Shown here: positions 57,601 to 64,000 of the stretch, piece after piece
Layout: every line of letters begins with the position of its first letter
How positions within the stretch are numbered: the first letter of the stretch is position 1
DNA from: Felis catus
Taxonomy: Eukaryota
Assembly: GCF_018350175.1 (NCBI RefSeq)
Contig: NC_058374.1
Location: forward strand, 41,974,001-42,038,000
Length of the DNA: 64,000 nucleotides
Direction of reading: 5' to 3'
Notes under the pieces: generated by a model
The model's input: only the letters and a program-made list of their open reading frames with translations
Database searches by the model: none
Told to the model about the DNA's origin: nothing
Position numbers and translations under genes: made by a program

Positions 57601-59049
57601 CAGTGTGTTTCACTTCCCTGTCAATAGAAAACCCTTAAAATCCTAAACACATTCTTCCCAACACGCATGGCCTGTTTTAAGCTTGATTGTTGCCATGACT
57701 GTTCAATAGAAGTGTTGTAACCGGCAAGACTGAAGAATGTCCAACTCTTCCAACCTTACCACATTTAGATTAGGGTCAGCATTCATGGCTCTGAGAGTCA
57801 GAGTCTGGAATCTCAGCCTCGTGGATGTGACTGAAAAATCATGCTTAGGTCAGCAAACTGATGGACAGCGGTGATGTTGGGAAAGGTAGTCTTCGATGAC
57901 TCTAGGAGCACGTTCATAAAGAGTGTGGTACATCAGATGATATGCCAAGGTCTTCCTCTATGAGGTCTTACTTGACTTGTAGAATGTAGAACTGTAAATC
58001 CCAGCTGTGGAAAGTGCTGCGGTCACCTAGCGGTTTGCATGTGATTGCTGGAGTACAAGCTTCTTGTTTGGTTTTGCTTTGTGTTTTAGGGCACTGGATC
58101 TGTATCCCTGTAGAACACGTCTGGTTTTATTAAAGAAAGGGCTACACTGCCACCATGACAGAGGAGGAGAATGGTGGTCACAAGGCCATTAATGATTTTC
58201 AATCCAGGGCCTTGTGTTTCTAGTTTGGAAATATAAAAGCAGTTGGGCATTCCCCCCCACCCCCAAGATACCAACCTCGTTATATTCTAAAAGATAGCCA
58301 TTTGGCCAGCAATTGTTTTTAGTAGCTCTGGGTGGCTTTTACTCTCTGTTCTACACAGACACAGCCTCACTAAGGTTTGCTGGTTTTAAAAGAAGTGGTT
58401 TCTGAACGTTAGGCCATCCTTGCCTGGTTTTGAAATCCTTCCATCTGAAGCTCTCTTCTCTGGCAAGCGGTTGAACTAGGCCTTGAGACCAAGAGCTCCC
58501 CCCCCCCCCCGCCCCGTTTTTGTTTTTTGGTGTTTTTGTTTTTTGTTTTTGCCACGTATCGCCATTGTTAGGCTCATATATTTGGTTCCTTTCTTCCAGG
58601 AATAAATTTGTGCTCTTTGAGTCTGCATTAAAGGTTCATCACACTTACTTTGGTGTCGCTCTAGCAGTTACGCAAGAACTTGAAGACCTCCTACCTGGCC
58701 TCACAGATTTGTTGAATCTTGACCGCTCATGTGAATTTCTTGAGGTTCTATTTATGTGCCAGCTCGGAGGTGGACATAACCACCCCTTGGTAAAATGGTT
58801 GGCTTGCCTTCACATGGGTCGTGTTATATGGAAAAGAGGCATCTGTTCTGGAGTCTAGTTCTAAAAACGAAACACTGGAGTCGCAGTCAGCCTCCTAAGA
58901 CACAGGCACGGAGGAGCCAAAGAGAACATGACCTAGTCTCCCATCTGACACTGGCGCGGAACGGTGGCGGGCAACCTTCCGCCCCCTATTTAAGAAGTTC
59001 GCTGTTAAGTGCGTCTATGATTAAAACCCCATCCTATCTCATTAAGTCC

Positions 59050-59640
59050 TCACACTGAAGATACCCCAATTTTTACAGATTCGGAAACCGCGGCTCGGAG
59101 AGGTTAAGCGACCCGCCCAAGACTACAGGGCTGGTAAACGACAGCGTCAAGGATTTAAAAACGGGAAGCCACTCGCAAAACACCAGGGCGGCGACGAAAT
59201 GGCGACCGCAGAAAACCTGTGAGCCCGGGCGAGACGCCCCGCCCCGCCCTCCGCTGCCGCCCCGGGCGCTCGTTTCGTAACCGCGGCGGAGGGCGGGGCG
59301 CTGACTCCCGGCCCGCCGGCGGTCACGTGGGGGGTCACGTGGGCGGGCCGCCAGAGCGGGGGCTCGCACGCCCCCCAGCGGCCGCACCCGTTGCCGGGCG
59401 CTCCTCGCGTCCCACCTGCCTGCCCCGACGGAGGTAGGAGCCCTCAAGCTAGCGCCCGCCCCGGCACTGCAGCTCCCGCCCCCGCCACCCGCCTTCCGGA
59501 GCGTCTCGAACGTTCTGCGGAACAAAGGCCCCAGGGCGGAAGCGAGGGCCTGAAGCTTGAAAGGCTAGGGCCTCTTAAGCCGGCCGCTGAGGGGCGGCTC
59601 CAGTCCACGGCTCCAGAGGCGAGTGGAAGGGACCGGTGCT
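59050..59640. promoter_or_regulatory. Orphan CpG island with promoter motifs
   Basis: CpG-dense; tandem GGTCACGTGG (E-boxes 59324-59329 and 59336-59341), YY1-like AAATGGCG 59197-59204, several GC boxes; no adjacent coding exon. Confidence 0.75.
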
Positions 59641-59988
59641 TCTGCCAGTTTCCAATTCGAGGCTTACATCTTTACAAGTAAAGGGCCCACTTCCTCCATC
59701 CCTCAAAAAAATTTTCCTTTGCATCTCCTTCTCTCTTCCTTCAGCGTAGTAAGTAACGTCTGGGGGCCCTCCACAGGAGAGAATCTTTTTGTTCACCTTG
59801 GAAGAGGGAGATCAGAAGTAGGAGACACACAGGTTATGTTAGAAACTAGTATAAAGGAGCACACCTATTATAATAACCACAACCTCTTCAGCTCTGCAAA
59901 CCTCACCAAGATTAGGCAGTCATCAAATGTCTTGCTTGCCAAATATACCCTTTTGTTTATGTGTGCTAATTTAAAAAATACTGACTTT

Positions 59989-61779
59989 GGGGCGCCTGGG
60001 TGGCGCAGTCGGTTAAGCGTCCGACTTCAGCCAGGTCACGATCTCGCGGTCGGTGAGTTCGAGCCCCACGTCAGGCTCTGGGCTGATGGCTCGGAGCCTG
60101 TTTCCGATTCTGTGTCTCCCTCTCTCTCTGCCCCTCCCCCGTTCATGCTCTGTCTCTCTCTGTCCCAAAAATGAATAAACGTTGAAAAAAAATTTTTTTT
60201 TTAAAAAATAAAAAATAAAAAAAAAATACTGACTTTTTCTAATTTTCCTTCCACCTTTATATCTTTCAGGGCCTCTACTCCTTCCAGTGAATCCTTTTTT
60301 CTTTCTCTTTTTTAATGTTTATTTATTTTTGAGAGAGACAGACTGCAAGTGGGAAGGGGCAGAGAAAGAGGGAGACACAGAATCCAAGGCAGGCTCCAGG
60401 CTCTGAGCTGTCAGCACAGAGCCCGAAGCAGGGCTCCGGCCCACAAACCATGAGATCATGACCTGAGCTGAAGTTGGACGCTTAACCGACTGAGCTACCC
60501 AGGTGCTCCTCCTTCTAGTGAATCCTAATTGGGTGTCTCCCAGGCTTGTCCTTGGTTCATTCCTCCTCACTGATTCTCAAAAGTGGAAGCCTTGAGGAGA
60601 TAAGGACGTTTCAACTATAGGTACAAATCCAAACTGAGGGAAGAGTGTCCTCGATTACTTTTCTTTAATGTTTATTTTATTTTTGAGAGAGAGAGAGAGA
60701 CACAGAATGCGAGTTGGGGAGGGTCAGAGAGGAAGAGACAGAATCCAAAGCAGGCACCAGGCTCTAATCTGTCAGCACAGAGCCCAATGTGGGGCTCGGA
60801 CCCACAAACTGTGAGATCATGACCTGAGTTGAAGTTGGATGCTTACCCGACTGAGCTACCCAGGCGCCCCTGTCCTTGATTACTTTAAAAAAAAAAAAAA
60901 ACCCAAAAAACAAAAAAAACGTTTTTAATGTGTACTTATTTTGAGAGAGAGAGAGAGAAAGAGAGCATGAGCAGGGGAGGGGCAGAGAGAGAGGGAGACA
61001 CAGAATCCAAAGCAGGCTCCAGGCTCTGAGCTGTCAGCACAGAGCCTGACACGGGGCTCCAACCCACAAACTGTGAGATCGTGACCTGAGCTGAAGTAGG
61101 ATGCTTACCGGACTGAGCCACCCAGGCGCCCCTGTCCTTGATTACTTTTTAAAAGCACATTTAATATTCATTCAGTCAGGGTGGCTTAGTGGGTTAAGGG
61201 TATGACTCTTGATTTCAGCACAGGTCCTGATCTCCCATTTGGTGAGATTGAGCCCCCATCAGTCTCTGTGCTGACAGCATGGAGCCTGCTTGGATTTCTC
61301 TACCTCTCTCTCTGCTCCTCCCCGACTTGCGCATGTGCATGCACGTGCTCTCTCTCTCTCAAACCCCCTCCCGCCCCCCCAAGACAAAAACAACTTTTAA
61401 AAAACTGATTCAGCCAGTACTTATTAAGCACTTTTTATGTGGCATGCACTGTGCCAGGCAGCAGGATGCAGAGTGAAACTCAAGGTCTGCTGGAGTTGGA
61501 AGAAGCCAACTTAGAAGTCCTTGATGACATCTAGACTGGCGCAAACCTGATGATTTTTTTTTTTTAATTTTTTTTTCAACTTTTATTTATTTTTGGGACA
61601 GAGAGAGACAGAGCATGAACGGGGGAGGGGCAGAGAGAGAGGGAGACACAGAATCAGAGACAGGCTCCAGGCTCTGAGCCATCAGCCCAGAGCCTGACGC
61701 GGGGCTCGAACTCCCGGACCGCGAGATCGTGACCTGGCTGAAGTCGGACGCTTAACCGACTGCGCCACCCAGGCGCCCC
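59989..61779. mobile_element. Dense CAN-SINE cluster (59989-60225 +, 60300-60508 -, 60662-60870 -, 60920-61132 -, 61178-61400 +, 61556-61779 -)
   Basis: SINEC/SINEC_Fc bodies with TSDs such as aaaaatactgacttt and aaacctgatgatt. Confidence 0.9.
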
Positions 61780-62384
61780 AAACCTGATGATTAAGGCAAA
61801 TTGTGTTTACTGCTATCCAGGAAAGGCAGGGAACTGTAAGAGGGGATCCTACTTTGGATTCCAGATCAGGAAAGACCTTTCTGAGGCCTGGACGATGAGC
61901 AGGAGCTGGTGAAAAGTTCCACACAGAAGAAAAGAGTAGAAGTGAAAGCCCTGAAGGAGGAAGGGGCTTCGTGGTGGGAAGAACTGAAGAGAGGGCTATG
62001 TGGTCCAAGTGTGGCTTGGGCCCAAAAGTGAAGGTCAGAGAGGTGTCACAGCAGCTGGAGAGAAGCAGATGTATTCAAGATACATTTGGAGGTAGACTGG
62101 ATCGCACTCTGTGATATGTTCACTGGGAGGCCAGTGGGGAAAAGTGTCACCGAGGGTGAAAATAATGACAAGGATGACCCCGAGGTTCCTGCTTTGAACA
62201 TCTGAATGGTGATATAAGGAGCGCTGAAGAAAAGCAGAGGTAGGGGGAAAGATACAGGATTTGTTCGGGGGATGTGTTTGGTTGGAGATGTCTGTGAGTT
62301 ACATAAATGGAGAAGTAGGAGGTTAGCTATGTCAGCCTGGCACTGAGTAAAGAGTTCTTGGTTGGAAATAGAAATTTGGAACTC

Positions 62385-63570
62385 AGCGGGATACGTGCTG
62401 GTGTGCCGAAACTCGGTTGTAGGGGCTTGTGACAGCCGATGGTTTTTCATGAATTCCGTAAGCTAAGCCAGTTGTTAAAGGCTGCCATTATGTTTTTAAA
62501 AAGTGCGTAGACACAAATTTAAATAAATTATGTTTTATTTTATTATTTTTTTGAGATTTTAGTTTAAAAAAAAATTTTTTTTAAACGTTTTATTTATTTT
62601 TGAGATAGGGAGAGACAGAGCATGAACAGGGGAGGGTCAGAGAGAGAGGGAGACACAGAATCTGAAACAGGCTCCGGGCTGTCAGCACAGAGCCCGACGC
62701 GGGGCTCGAACTCACGGACTGCGAGATCATGACCTGAGCCGAAGTCGGCCGCTTAACCGACTGAGCCACCCAGGCGCCCTGAGATTTTAGTTTTTAAGTA
62801 ATCTCCACACCCAATGGAGGGCTCAAACTCACAGCCCCAAGATGAAGAGTGGCATGCTCTACCGACTAAACCATCCAGGCACCCCTAAATAAATTGAATT
62901 TTTCTTAAAAAAGGTTAAAAGGTACTTACAAGTCTTTGGAGCCAGAAGTCCAAGAGCAAGGTGTCAGTAGGTTTGGTTTCTTCTGAGGCCTTTCTTGCAG
63001 AAAAGGTGCTTTCTCATGTCCTCATACAGTCTTTTTCTCTGTGCCCAAATTTCGTCTTCTTAAACCGACAGCAGTCAGATTGGATTTGGGCCCACCCTAA
63101 AGGTCTCATTTTATTTTTTATTTTTTTAATTAATTAATTAGTTTATTTATTTTTGAGAGAGAGAGACAGAGCATGAGCAGGGGAAGGGCCAAGAGAGAGA
63201 GGGAGACACAGAATCCGAAGCAGGCTCCGGGCTCTGAGATCATGACCTGAGCCAAAGTTGGATGCTTAACCGACTGAGCCACCCAGGCGCCCAATAAAGG
63301 TCTCATTTTAATGTCACTATCACTTTACAGGGCCTATTTCCAAACATAGTCACATTCAGAGGTACTGGGAGTTAGGACTTCAAAATATGGATGAGGGAGC
63401 AAATTCAGCCCCTAACAATGTTACTGTTATGTATGCTCTTGAAGTTATTTACCTTGTGAAGTCAGCCATGGTGGGAGTGTTTACACCAGAGAAATTGGCA
63501 AATGCTAAAAATTAAGGCTTTTTGTTATCCCTGGAGCAGCTGTTGTTAGACATTTACCAACACACCACAC
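62385..63570. mobile_element. hAT (MER63/Blackjack-like) fossil interrupted by nested SINECs and an MLT1-like LTR (about 62930-63420)
   Basis: Ends gtgctggtg... and ...tgttagacatttaccaacacaccac; MLT1-like ggagccagaagtccaagagcaaggtgtcagtagg; SINEs at 62575-62780 and 63110-63292. Confidence 0.5.
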
Positions 63571-63627
63571 ATCATAACTATAGGTGTTACTTAGTCTCTA
63601 GAGTATAATTTGAATCTGAAAAATGTG

Positions 63628-63630
<3 letters not shown>

Positions 63631-63669
<39 letters not shown>

Positions 63670-63680
63670 CACACACACAC
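63631..63680. repeat. (CA)n microsatellite
   Basis: About 18 perfect CA units plus an imperfect tail. Confidence 0.95.
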
Positions 63681-64000
63681 CACTATTTTGCTGAAGTATT
63701 TTAAGCTATGACTGGTACAGATACAGAGAAAGTCTTCTCTGTGTCAGTGATTCGCAAAGAGAAGTGTATCAAGATGCTTTCCACTGAGTCACAGAAACTC
63801 TGACCAAGTGGTATTAAAGGACATTTCATAAAGACATTTGTTATTTCACATAAAAATAAATCCAGGGGTAGTGGGGGCTTCTGGAAAAGAGGGTTCCTTA
63901 CTCTCAAGAGAAAGCAGCAGTAAGGAACTCTGGCAGAATGTGAATGGCTTCACTCGGGTCATTGATTGCTACCTGCAGCCATCACATGACTATGGGAAGA

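Larger units (their letters stand above)
54458..58860 (-). mobile_element. Ancient, near-full-length TcMar-Tigger (pogo-like) transposon with decayed transposase, interrupted by L1 and SINEs
   Basis: Collinear degraded motifs on the minus strand: NLFLEERNQ (about 58600), FKTRQGW (about 58430), MPNCFYISK..GPGLK..TILLLC..IKP (58274-58086), FHSW..VK*DLIEE (about 57980), CWEECV*DFKGF (about 57650), VKHIVKMA*QVGHVGF (about 57190), GEELLESH..LEELIKSS (about 56670), SMEGNWKITCG (about 56500), MFEQFK..QLVNTM (about 54950). The outer boundaries are approximate. Confidence 0.75.

Noticed and set aside
57760-57890. FPNIT..VTS.EAE..RLEEL resemblance to a hAT dimerisation domain
   Set aside because: Needs several frameshifts, and the flanking collinear motifs fit pogo/Tigger much better

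Overview
Mammalian genomic DNA from a felid (felid-type CAN-SINEs/SINEC_Fc and a young felid L1 3' end). It covers the gene-dense block syntenic to human 12p13: probable CD4 3' end, GPR162(+), P3H3/LEPREL2(+), GNB3(+), CDCA3(-), USP5(+), TPI1(+), SPSB2(-), then about 12 kb of repeat-rich intergenic DNA. I traced exon structures by hand. P3H3 (736 aa), GNB3 (340 aa), CDCA3 (268 aa), TPI1 (249/286 aa) and SPSB2 (263 aa) splice into open frames. Seven N tracts hide parts of GPR162, USP5 and SPSB2, and they look like length-preserving masks rather than gaps. Most notable observations: (1) a near-full-length, heavily decayed Tigger/pogo transposase on the minus strand (about 54.5-58.9 kb), interrupted by nested L1/SINE insertions and lying directly beside an orphan CpG-island promoter; (2) a 1-nt frameshift in the last exon of GPR162; (3) an ATG plus donor that would give a short GPR162 isoform lacking most TM helices; (4) a duplicated USP5 splice donor whose use would introduce a stop codon; (5) a CDE/CHR, multi-CCAAT, ZNF143-type bidirectional CDCA3/USP5 promoter; (6) a CRX/OTX site cluster upstream of GNB3. 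I cannot establish a new biological system from sequence alone; the Tigger fossil plus orphan promoter is the best candidate for follow-up. Comparisons with human proteins are from memory, not from database searches.
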